A DNA stretch of 64,000 bases. Source: Candidatus Poribacteria bacterium (GTDB taxonomy: Bacteria; Poribacteria; WGA-4E; WGA-3G). The stretch is from NCBI GenBank assembly GCA_964291315.2, contig OZ219753.1, positions 1,376,001-1,440,000 on the forward strand, read 5' to 3'. Both the position numbers and the translations under genes were made by a program. Numbering within the stretch: position 1 is the stretch's first letter; every line of letters starts with the position of its first letter. The notes under the pieces were generated by a model. That model was not told the DNA's origin. It made no database searches and worked only from the letters and a program-made list of their open reading frames with translations. Of this stretch, positions 31,374 through 40,158 are shown piece by piece.

Positions 31374-32924
31374 CTACCCGCTAACATTCGCATAAAAAAA
31401 TGGCGGCATTGTTAAGGCGACAACATCATCCTCTCCAGATATTTCGCGGGCCATTGCAAGGGCATCATCTAAATTCGCCGCCCAATCAACCCCTAAACGT
31501 TGCGCTACCCGCGGCTCCTTTGGACCCACGAGGATTACCTTCGAGAGATATTTCAACGGATACGTTGCCCAATACCAGACGGTAAACGGATGGAAACCGT
31601 GATGCGCAAACCTGTTCCGATAGCAGTCGATCAAATACGGATCCTTCGCGTATTTCTCCTGAAACTTCCGTTGCATCTCAAACGGTTCTGTGGTATCAGC
31701 AAGAACCTCATCGTAAAACATCTTATACGCAGTGTGATATTCTTCATGGAAGATTTCATACGTCGGGTTCATAATAATGACAACGCCATTTTTTTTAATA
31801 ATAGGTTTAGTGTAAAACCAATTGAAGACGTAGCCCAATATGTCGCTGACCACTAACACAGGATTGATACGCGCATCAACGGCATAAGGACTCATATCCG
31901 GAAGTCCGAACACCAAAGTGCTGAATTGGCGCGGGATGTCTATTGCCAACTGTTCCTTCATAGATGCCAACGTCCGGGCGTGAACGGCATCAATGCTGCC
32001 CGCGTTAATCTGTATCGGTTCATAATCTGTCCGGACGCTCTTGAGAATCGCATAGCGCAACGATTCAGGCAAAACCGATAGTGTTAATGGCGTGAGCGTT
32101 TTCACAACCCGTTCTGCGATGTTGCAGTCCCGATTCGGTTTCCCAACGTAACGGAGATGAAGTGGATAGATCGCGCCGTTCATCGCCGCTTCAAGCACCA
32201 AGATAGGAGTCTCTTTCTGAATGAGACGACTCATCCGCTCGATACAAGCATGCATATGTGAACCCTCCGGTTGCATCACATGCGGACTTTCTGATGTCAT
32301 GTGTGGCGAATGATGCGGTGCTATGGAGTTATACGTGCCCAGCCCCACCGCCACTGATTTATGTCCGCCATTAAGAGGAATCTGTATCATATCGACATAA
32401 ATCACTAAATCGGATGCAAGCACAGTCTTATCTGTCTCAACAACCTCATCTTTTTCTGTTTTCCCGACGTAAGCGATTTGGTCAGCATCTTCGGCATCAA
32501 AATTTCGGAGTTGGTGCGGGTAGAAATCCGCCATGATATTTTTACCGAGCATATAGGCGAGTTCATGTTCCTTCATTTTGCGGTGCAGTGCCACCGCACA
32601 CATCAGTAGAATGTTCTTTTTTTCCACACCGTACTCGTACAGCATCTTCAGAAGCGTCTCGATCATAATCTGCCTCAAATCCGGCTTTTTGGTAAGCGGA
32701 AAAGGTTGGCAATTATCGTCAAAAAGAATGAGTACCTTTGAGTTACCGCTGACAAGTTCACGCAGCGGGCGCATCTCAAGAGGATTTTCAAAAGCACGCC
32801 GCGTGTGCTCGCTCAAAGCAGCGCGCTTAATACCTGGCAGCGGCGGCTTCGCGTAGTAAACCTCTGAATTATCCGGCAGCTTCGCGTTAATGAGATGGTT
32901 TCCGAAGTAGGTGAAATATTTCAT
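31374..32924 (-). CDS. Lactate racemase (LarA)-domain protein
   Basis: ENPL...L.EL, FDDN, ALHRKM, GGHKS, PHHSP. Confidence 0.75.
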   Translation of the reverse strand: MKYFTYFGNHLINAKLPDNSEVYYAKPPLPGIKRAALSEHTRRAFENPLEMRPLRELVSGNSKVLILFDDNCQPFPLTKKPDLRQIMIETLLKMLYEYGVEKKNILLMCAVALHRKMKEHELAYMLGKNIMADFYPHQLRNFDAEDADQIAYVGKTEKDEVVETDKTVLASDLVIYVDMIQIPLNGGHKSVAVGLGTYNSIAPHHSPHMTSESPHVMQPEGSHMHACIERMSRLIQKETPILVLEAAMNGAIYPLHLRYVGKPNRDCNIAERVVKTLTPLTLSVLPESLRYAILKSVRTDYEPIQINAGSIDAVHARTLASMKEQLAIDIPRQFSTLVFGLPDMSPYAVDARINPVLVVSDILGYVFNWFYTKPIIKKNGVVIIMNPTYEIFHEEYHTAYKMFYDEVLADTTEPFEMQRKFQEKYAKDPYLIDCYRNRFAHHGFHPFTVWYWATYPLKYLSKVILVGPKEPRVAQRLGVDWAANLDDALAMAREISGEDDVVALTMPPFFYANVSG

Positions 32925-33376
32925 GCGAAGGTTTCAAGTGACCTCCGTATACTTCTATTATTTATTCTATTTTAGCACGGTTTATGTTGGTATTGCAAGC
33001 TTTTTTATCAAATGGCTTTTTATTAAATGAACCAGAGATTAAATTGACAAGAAATTTATTAAAAAACTTGAAAAATTAAGGGGGAGGTCTTTTACACGTT
33101 ACGGGGAATTTAATAAATAATTCTGTATTTCCTTCGCCAAAGAGAACCCTTTAGTATCATATGGCTATTATACTTTCTCCATAATGGGTTTTCTCATGCG
33201 TATTGTATCGCTCTTCTGTAAAATAGCCGACTGTTTTCTGGCGTATCAGAAAAAGCAGCCCCTATCAGAAAAACGAGGTCGCCTGCGCGGTCTGCCTCCG
33301 AGCGAGACTATCTATTCTCTACCTACCTGAAATTTAAGCGGATGATAGCCAGAAGGGCATCCCCAATTTTGTGTAA

Positions 33377-33470
33377 AAAAACTTGACATGATTTATAGTT
33401 TAAGGTATAATCTTATATTATAGAAAAACTTGACATGATTTATAGTTTAAGGTATAATCCTATATTATAG
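33377..33470 (+). promoter_or_regulatory. Tandem 47-bp duplication, each copy a consensus sigma70 promoter
   Basis: AAAAACTTGACATGATTTATAGTTTAAGGTATAATC(T/C)TATATTATAG x2 (1 mismatch); TTGACA-N17-TATAAT at 33383-33411 and 33430-33458. Confidence 0.9.
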
Positions 33471-34033
33471 AAAATACGAAAGAAAATAATCCAAAGGTGC
33501 AACTGCTTTGCTCTGTTAAGCGCACCTTTCTTACGCCATTAAGACATATGAAAGCTTTAGACACTGACACCAGAATAATGGAGGTAGAGGGTTTTGACAA
33601 ACTGTCCCTTATCGAGTATTCTTCCTGTTGCCTACTCGCTGCTGTTCGTCTGTTTTTCAGGCATCTTACCCCCCCCATTTTACTTTACGTATAGAAAGCA
33701 TAATATTCCATTTAGTCCGCAGCATATTCACGCTCTGTCCAGCTAATCGCTTTGTGCCTGTTTGCCGGCTCCTCCAATAAGACATGATCACTCACGGGGT
33801 AAAGAGCATCGCGTAAATATGTATAATATAGATCAACATAAGTTAAAAAAAGATTTAGAACGTCAAAAAGCATTGGCAACTCCGTTGGATAACACAAAAT
33901 GAGAGAGGCTGCTTCATTATACCCAGGCAAGATTTCGCTTTAGACAAAGAAAACAGTGAGCTATTTATCAAGCTCACACAATTATAGGAGAAAGACAGGT
34001 CTGTTTTTCTTCACTGAAAAGGAGAGTTTAATC

Positions 34034-37000
34034 ATGCAGAGAACTATATTAGCACTATCCATTTTTGCTGCGCTCATATTTGCGCTGGTCCCGTTCGCAG
34101 CTGCAGAATGGCAGATAAACCTGGTAACAAACAATACACATGACAATTTATATGTGATCAGGAGCACATGGAAGGCAGCAGATACCGACAAAGGCATCCC
34201 TGCAGGCTTTTGGACGCGCGGCCGCTACCGGCTTGCTCCTGGGAGGTCCAAAGTGTTCTATTCCTGGGACACTAACAGTATCTATTTCCGTATTTCAAAC
34301 GCTGCGGGTGCGATAAAACCTCAAAGCAGCACGTCCACGTTTTCGTTCTGGGCTCATCCGAAGCGGTCGTTTCGGGTTGTTTCGGGGGCGTTTGATTCGT
34401 CAGTGACGGTGGATCAATTGCTCTACTCGGACCGCTCAAGCAATCAGTTAGTCCAATTGGACGGTTTTCTGCAATATTCGAGTGGTTCTGATGTGTCAGT
34501 CACATCCGAGTGGGTATCTCTGAGTGGAGAGCCGGTGTCTCCTGCAAATGAGGGCACTGAAAGTAACGATCACGCTCCCACGGGCATGGCGTTGATCCCT
34601 GCCGGCACATTTCAGATGGGCAGCACCACCGGCGATGCCGACGAAAGTCCTATTCACGCTGTGTCTTTAGATGCGTTTTATATGGATACGCACGAAGTGA
34701 CAAACGCAGAATACGCAGCGTTTCTCAATGCAAAGGGCAAACATGCATGGCCGAGTGGGTATCTCTCCTATTCTACTAGTATCCTGTGGGTGGATATTGG
34801 GGATACCGAGTCGCGCTTTGAGAAGGTAGACGGAACCTATCGCGTGAAGGCAGGGTATGCGAATCACCCTGTCGTTGACGTTAGTTGGTATGGTGCGATG
34901 GCGTATGCTGCGTGGGCAGGCAAGCGGCTACCTACCGAGGCCGAGTGGGAATACGCCGCACGCGGCGGCAAGTCGGGTAAGAAATATCCCTGGGGTAACA
35001 GGATTGATAGCACGCGGGCGAACTACTCCTATAATGTTAGAAGCACAACAGAGGTAGGAAGCTATGCCGCGAACGGTTATGGTCTGTACGATATGGCGGG
35101 GAATGTCCGGGAGTGGTGCTTAGACAAGTATGATAACAACTTCTATGCGAATTCTCCTGCCCGGAATCCGTTGTCGAGTACAAGCAGTATTACAAGCCTA
35201 TTGAATAACTATTCAGAGGTTAAGTCTGACCGCGTCGTGCGCAGCGGCTCTTGGGGCGATTCTGCACAGAGTGCACGGGTCGCTAACCGCGCTCGGATTG
35301 ATCCTGAGTACACGTTCTACTACAACGGGTTTCGTTGTGTAAAGCCTGTGCCCGCTGACGGGGTTGGAGAAGCGGACAGCGGAAATGACGAGGACGCTGT
35401 TCCGGAATGGGTAGCGAGCGTGATAACAAATGCCACGGAAGCAGACTTGTATGTGGTCTCCTCCACGTGGAAGTTGGAGAACCCGAAGAAGAGTTATCCG
35501 GAGGGATTTCGGACGCGCGGGACGTATCGCATTCGTCCAGGGAAGGGACGCGTGTTTCATGCCTGGGCGAACAACGAGATCTATTTCCGGATTGCCAACG
35601 CTGCAGGTGCGTTAAAACCGGAGGTCAGTTCGGAGACGTTTGGGTTCTGGTTGCATCCGCGTCGTTCGTTTCGGCTGGTCTCGGATCAGGTTTCTGCGAC
35701 AGTAGAACAGTCGGGTCTGAGTTACTCGGATCGTTCGACGGCGAATTTAGTGCAGTCGGATGGTTTTATGGTGTATGAGAGCGGTTCTGACGTGACGGTG
35801 ACTGCTGATTGGGTGGCAGTATCTGCTGTAGATGAGCGGCAGGAAGATGATGAGAACGAAAATAACGGGGGCACTCCAACGCAGCCAACACCGCCAGCGC
35901 AGCCAACACTGCCAAAACCTTCTATGGTGTTGATCCCTGCCGGCACCTTCCAGATGGGCAGCACCACTGGCGATGCGGATGAAAGCCCGGTTCACGCTGT
36001 GTCTTTAGATGCGTTTTATATGGATACCCACGAAGTGACAAACGCAGAATATGCGGCATTCCTCAATGCGAAGGGCAAACACGCCGAGGCTGGCAAGAAT
36101 TGGGTGAATCTCGCAGATACTCTCATAGGCATTGCGTTAGTAGACGGCGCGTATCGTGCGAAATCGGGGTATGCGAATCTTCCCGTCGTTAAGGTCTCTT
36201 GGTATGGTGCGATGGCATATGCAAGATGGGCAGGCAAACGCCTACCCACCGAGGCGGAGTGGGAATACGCTGCGCGCGGCGGGCTAGCAGGCAAGCAATA
36301 TCCGTGGGGCGATACCATAGACGCAACCCAGGCGAACTATGGTGGGAACGCCGGCGGTATGACAGCAGTCGGCAGTTATGCAGCGAATGGGTATGGTCTG
36401 TATGACATGACTGGGAATGTATTTGAGTGGTGTCTGGATGACTATAACGAGGGTTTCTATGCGATTTCGCCTGTGCATGATCCGTTGACAGGTGCTGACA
36501 GGGAGACGATAGATGCCTATATGGAGATCAGTTCTGCTCGTGTGTTGCGGGGTGGCTCGTATCTGTATTCAGCACAGGTTGCCCGTGTATCGAATCGTGA
36601 CTATAGTTTCCCTGCGAGTATGGGCAACGACCTCGGTTTTCGGTGTGTGCGTTCTGTGTCTACGCCCTCTGCAAATGCTGAGATACCGGCACCCCCAACG
36701 CTCCCAACGCCACCAACACCACCAACACCACCAACGCCACCAAAAACCTCTGTTGTTCCTGCGGGCATGGCGTTGATCCCTGCGGGTACATTTCAGATGG
36801 GCAGCACCACAGGTGAGGAGAAGGAACGTCCTGTTCACGCTGTCACTCTAGATGCGTTTTATATGGATACGCATGAAGTGACGAACGCAGAATACGCGGC
36901 ATTTCTCAATGCTATGGGCAAAAAACGTGTCAAACGACGTGGATGGCTTCTCTCCATGAAATTGGGGGATGGCACACCAACGAACTGGGGGGATGGCGGA

Positions 37001-37549
37001 GCACGCATTGAGCTCGTAGACGGTGCATATCGTGTGAAGGCAGGGTATGCCAATCACCCCGCAGTTTACGTAACTTGGAATGGTGCGATGGCGTATGCTG
37101 TGTGGGCAGGCAAACGGCTACCCACCGAGGCCGAGTGGGAGTATGCCGCACGCGGCGGCAAGTCGGGCCTGAACTATCCCTGGGGAGATACGATTGACAG
37201 CACGCAGGCGAACTACAATAATAATGTTGGTGATACAACAGAAGTAGGGAGTTATGCGGCGAACGGGTATGGTCTCTATGATATGGCAGGGAATGTCGGG
37301 GAGTGGTGCTTAGATAAGTTTGATTACAATTTCTATGCTATTTCGCCTGCCCGGAATCCGCTGGCGGGTACCCGCACTATTGATTGGCTATTAGATAACT
37401 GGCCAGAAGCTGAGGACTACCGTGTCTTACGTGGTGGCAACTATCGCGTTACACCCCGGGATATCCGGGTCTCCAAGCGTCACTCCGGGTCTATGTTTTT
37501 TGGAGCAGGCGGCTACGGCTTCCGTTGTGTGCGGTCTGTAACAGAGTAA
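34034..37549 (+). CDS. Secreted modular protein: signal peptide, domain A, FGE/SUMF1-like domain, domain B, two more FGE/SUMF1-like domains
   Basis: AAGGAG RBS, start MQRTILAL...AAA; three copies of LIPAGTFQMGS / HEVTNAEY / RLPTEAEWEYAARGG / GLYDM.GNV.EW / GFRCV; Pro/Thr-rich linkers. Confidence 0.9.
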   Translation: MQRTILALSIFAALIFALVPFAAAEWQINLVTNNTHDNLYVIRSTWKAADTDKGIPAGFWTRGRYRLAPGRSKVFYSWDTNSIYFRISNAAGAIKPQSSTSTFSFWAHPKRSFRVVSGAFDSSVTVDQLLYSDRSSNQLVQLDGFLQYSSGSDVSVTSEWVSLSGEPVSPANEGTESNDHAPTGMALIPAGTFQMGSTTGDADESPIHAVSLDAFYMDTHEVTNAEYAAFLNAKGKHAWPSGYLSYSTSILWVDIGDTESRFEKVDGTYRVKAGYANHPVVDVSWYGAMAYAAWAGKRLPTEAEWEYAARGGKSGKKYPWGNRIDSTRANYSYNVRSTTEVGSYAANGYGLYDMAGNVREWCLDKYDNNFYANSPARNPLSSTSSITSLLNNYSEVKSDRVVRSGSWGDSAQSARVANRARIDPEYTFYYNGFRCVKPVPADGVGEADSGNDEDAVPEWVASVITNATEADLYVVSSTWKLENPKKSYPEGFRTRGTYRIRPGKGRVFHAWANNEIYFRIANAAGALKPEVSSETFGFWLHPRRSFRLVSDQVSATVEQSGLSYSDRSTANLVQSDGFMVYESGSDVTVTADWVAVSAVDERQEDDENENNGGTPTQPTPPAQPTLPKPSMVLIPAGTFQMGSTTGDADESPVHAVSLDAFYMDTHEVTNAEYAAFLNAKGKHAEAGKNWVNLADTLIGIALVDGAYRAKSGYANLPVVKVSWYGAMAYARWAGKRLPTEAEWEYAARGGLAGKQYPWGDTIDATQANYGGNAGGMTAVGSYAANGYGLYDMTGNVFEWCLDDYNEGFYAISPVHDPLTGADRETIDAYMEISSARVLRGGSYLYSAQVARVSNRDYSFPASMGNDLGFRCVRSVSTPSANAEIPAPPTLPTPPTPPTPPTPPKTSVVPAGMALIPAGTFQMGSTTGEEKERPVHAVTLDAFYMDTHEVTNAEYAAFLNAMGKKRVKRRGWLLSMKLGDGTPTNWGDGGARIELVDGAYRVKAGYANHPAVYVTWNGAMAYAVWAGKRLPTEAEWEYAARGGKSGLNYPWGDTIDSTQANYNNNVGDTTEVGSYAANGYGLYDMAGNVGEWCLDKFDYNFYAISPARNPLAGTRTIDWLLDNWPEAEDYRVLRGGNYRVTPRDIRVSKRHSGSMFFGAGGYGFRCVRSVTE
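36686..36745 (+). repeat. Coding CCAAC(A/G)CCA-type tandem repeats (Pro-Pro-Thr linker)
   Basis: PAPPTLPTPPTPPTPPTPPK between FGE2 and FGE3. Confidence 0.8.
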
Positions 37550-37698
37550 GGCACAACCGTATCTTGAGATCCTTCATATCCACCGTAAGTGAAGGTGGGC
37601 TTGCGATGTATCACATAACCCGAAGATGGCTGTCTGGTTGAGAAACCAGGCCCGGGTATCTATGGTCGCGAGTATTGGAGGGATCGTAACAAAACTGA

Positions 37699-37751
37699 GG
37701 AACCCGTCTCAATCTGGTTTATACTTCTACTGGTTTGAGGCGGGTTCTTTC
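37699..37751 (+). terminator. Probable intrinsic terminator after the first FGE gene
   Basis: GAACCCGTCTCAA...TTGAGGCGGGTTC followed by TTT. Confidence 0.6.
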
Positions 37752-37845
37752 CGTTGGGCACGTCCAATGTTAATAATGAAATAGGTAAAACTTAAGAATA
37801 AAAAAACAAACATACGTTTGGCCTTCTGCTCTTTTCGTTTTACAC

Positions 37846-37874
37846 TTGACAGACCGGATGTTTTATAATACACT
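37846..37874 (+). promoter_or_regulatory. sigma70-type promoter for the second FGE gene
   Basis: TTGACA-N17-TACACT. Confidence 0.5.
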
Positions 37875-38057
37875 ATTAAGAAAGTAATGAGGGAAGGGAG
37901 TAATCTATACAAGTTTTAGACACTTATACTTCTGTTGAGATGTGAGAGGATTTAGCGAAAATTACCCTCCGCGGTGTCTTGCGTATCGGTGCTAACTTCA
38001 TAAACAATAAGCAATAAATATACATCTGTGTATTTTCACAGAGAAAAGAGGCATAAA

Positions 38058-39941
38058 ATGAAAAGAACTGTGTTAGCTCTGTCCACACTTGCGGCATTCC
38101 TGTTTGCGCTGGTCCCGTTCGCAGCCGCAGAATGGCAGATGAACCTCGTAACAAACAACACACATGACAATTTATATGTGATCAGTGCCACGTGGAAGGC
38201 AGCGGATACCAACAAAGACATCCCCGCAGGGTTCTGGACCCGCGGCTCCTACCGGCTTGCTCCCGGGAAGTCCAGAGCGTTTTATTCCTGGTCTACTAAC
38301 AGCATCTATTTCCGTATTTCAAACGCACAGAGCGCCCTAAAACCACAGGGCAGCTCGGAGACGTTCCCCTTCTGGGTGCATCCCGACCGGTCGTTCCGCG
38401 TCGTCTCGGAGGGCTTTGAATCGTCTGTGACGGCGGATCAACTGCTCTACTCGGATCGCTCAAGCGATCAGTTAGTCCACTCGGACGGGTTTATGGGATA
38501 TACGGGCGGTTCCGAAGTGATAGTGACTACAGAGTGGGTATCGCTGAGTGGGGTGCCGACAGCTCCAGCCAATGATGTGCTAGGCGATGGAGATAGTGGA
38601 AACGCCGGTGAGACTGACGCTGTTCCGGAATGGGTAGCGAGCGTGATAACAAATGCCACGGAAGCCAACCTATATGTAGTCTACGCGACGTGGAAGCTGG
38701 AGAACCTGAAAAAGGGGTGGCCTGAAGGGTTTCGGACGCGCGGCACGTATCGCATTCGTCCTGGGAAGGGGCGCGTGTTTCATGCGTGGTCAGATAATGA
38801 GATCTATTTCCGGATTGCCAACGCTGCGGGTGCGTTAAAACCGGAGGTCAGTTCGGAGACGTTTGGGTTCTGGTTGCATCCGCGTCGTTCGTTTCGGCTG
38901 GTCTCGGATCAGGTCGCTGCGACAGTAGAGCAGTCGGGTCTGAGTTACTCGGATCGTTCGGTGTCGAAATTGGAGCGTTCGGATGGTTTTATGGTATATG
39001 AGAGTGGTTCTGACGTGACGGTGACTTCTGATTGGGTGCCGTTAGCTCCTATAGATGACAGGAATGAGGGTAACGGGAATGGCGATGTCGCTCCACTGCC
39101 GCCTGAAACGCCAGTGCCTCCGGTAAACCCGTCAGCTCCCGCCGGCATGGTGTTGATCCCTGCGGGCACCTTCCAGATGGGCAGCAACACCGGCGATGCG
39201 GACGAAAGCCCTATTCACACTGTCTCTTTAGATGCGTTTTATATGGATACACATGAAGTGACAAACGCAGAATACGCAGCATTTCTCAACGCAATGGGCA
39301 AACATGAAAATATCTGGTGGCGCTGGGTGCGTATCGGTACAGCTTCTACAAATATTATCTTAGTAGACGGTGTGTATCGCCCACGGGCAGGCTATGAGAA
39401 TCATCCTGTCATTTATATAAGATGGCGGGGTGCGATGGCATATGCTAGGTGGGCAGGAAAGCGACTGCCAACCGAAGCAGAGTGGGAGTATGCTGCACGC
39501 GGCGGGTTAGCCGGCAAGCGATATCCGTGGGGAGACACCATAGATAAAACCAAGGCGAACTATAATAAACCCGGCCTCGGCCGTTCGATGCCAGTCGGTA
39601 GTTATCCGCCGAACGGGTACGGTCTCTATGATATGATCGGGAATGCAGCGGAGTGGTGTCTCGATACGTATGATGCTGACTACTACGCAAAATCTCCGAC
39701 CCACAATCCGGTGTCGTTGTCGATTGCAACCAGCATCCAAGACCTGTTAGATAACTATAAGGCGGATCTAGGTACTTACTCGTCCTTGAATAAGTATGAA
39801 CAGCCCCAAGACCGCGTTGTTCGCGGCGGCGACTGGTACGATTCAGAAACATACTTGTCAGTCACCGGTCGCTATGGATATACGACTTGGGGTGGTTCGA
39901 ATGTCTTCGGTTTTCGGTGTGTGAAGCCTGTAACCCCTTGA
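38058..39941 (+). CDS. Secreted paralog: signal peptide, domain A, domain B, one FGE/SUMF1-like domain
   Basis: Start MKRTVLAL...AAA at 38058; A and B closely match the upstream gene; RLPTEAEWEYAARGG, GFRCVKP. Confidence 0.9.
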   Translation: MKRTVLALSTLAAFLFALVPFAAAEWQMNLVTNNTHDNLYVISATWKAADTNKDIPAGFWTRGSYRLAPGKSRAFYSWSTNSIYFRISNAQSALKPQGSSETFPFWVHPDRSFRVVSEGFESSVTADQLLYSDRSSDQLVHSDGFMGYTGGSEVIVTTEWVSLSGVPTAPANDVLGDGDSGNAGETDAVPEWVASVITNATEANLYVVYATWKLENLKKGWPEGFRTRGTYRIRPGKGRVFHAWSDNEIYFRIANAAGALKPEVSSETFGFWLHPRRSFRLVSDQVAATVEQSGLSYSDRSVSKLERSDGFMVYESGSDVTVTSDWVPLAPIDDRNEGNGNGDVAPLPPETPVPPVNPSAPAGMVLIPAGTFQMGSNTGDADESPIHTVSLDAFYMDTHEVTNAEYAAFLNAMGKHENIWWRWVRIGTASTNIILVDGVYRPRAGYENHPVIYIRWRGAMAYARWAGKRLPTEAEWEYAARGGLAGKRYPWGDTIDKTKANYNKPGLGRSMPVGSYPPNGYGLYDMIGNAAEWCLDTYDADYYAKSPTHNPVSLSIATSIQDLLDNYKADLGTYSSLNKYEQPQDRVVRGGDWYDSETYLSVTGRYGYTTWGGSNVFGFRCVKPVTP

Positions 39942-39999
39942 AACCTTATGGCTTGTGCTTTTTATCCGCGGATGAATTGCTGAAAGGTACCGAAGATAC

Positions 40000-40048
40000 A
40001 AAAAAGGGCGTGATAGCGGGTAGGCTTTTGCTGACAGCTATCACGCCC
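40000..40048 (-). terminator. Intrinsic terminator between convergent genes (T run on minus strand)
   Basis: AAAAAA then GGGCGTGATAGC...GCTATCACGCCC 12-bp stem. Confidence 0.7.
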
Positions 40049-40158
40049 CTTCTCACCTTGTCCTAAGCTATCATCCTATCTTAAACCGAGCGGGATCCCC
40101 GCGAAAATCAAGGATATCGGTAGCAAAGCGATTTTCCCTGTTTTTCCGGTTTCTTGCA

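Noticed and set aside
33377-33470. CRISPR array
   Set aside because: Only two abutting copies, no spacers, no cas genes; the unit is a promoter
34034-39941. Catalytic formylglycine-generating enzymes
   Set aside because: The Cys pair after RVxRGGS is missing in all four domains and no sulfatase is nearby
33470-40150. Complete DGR cassette in the window
   Set aside because: No reverse transcriptase, avd or AAC-rich template repeat seen on either strand; differences between copies are not adenine-only
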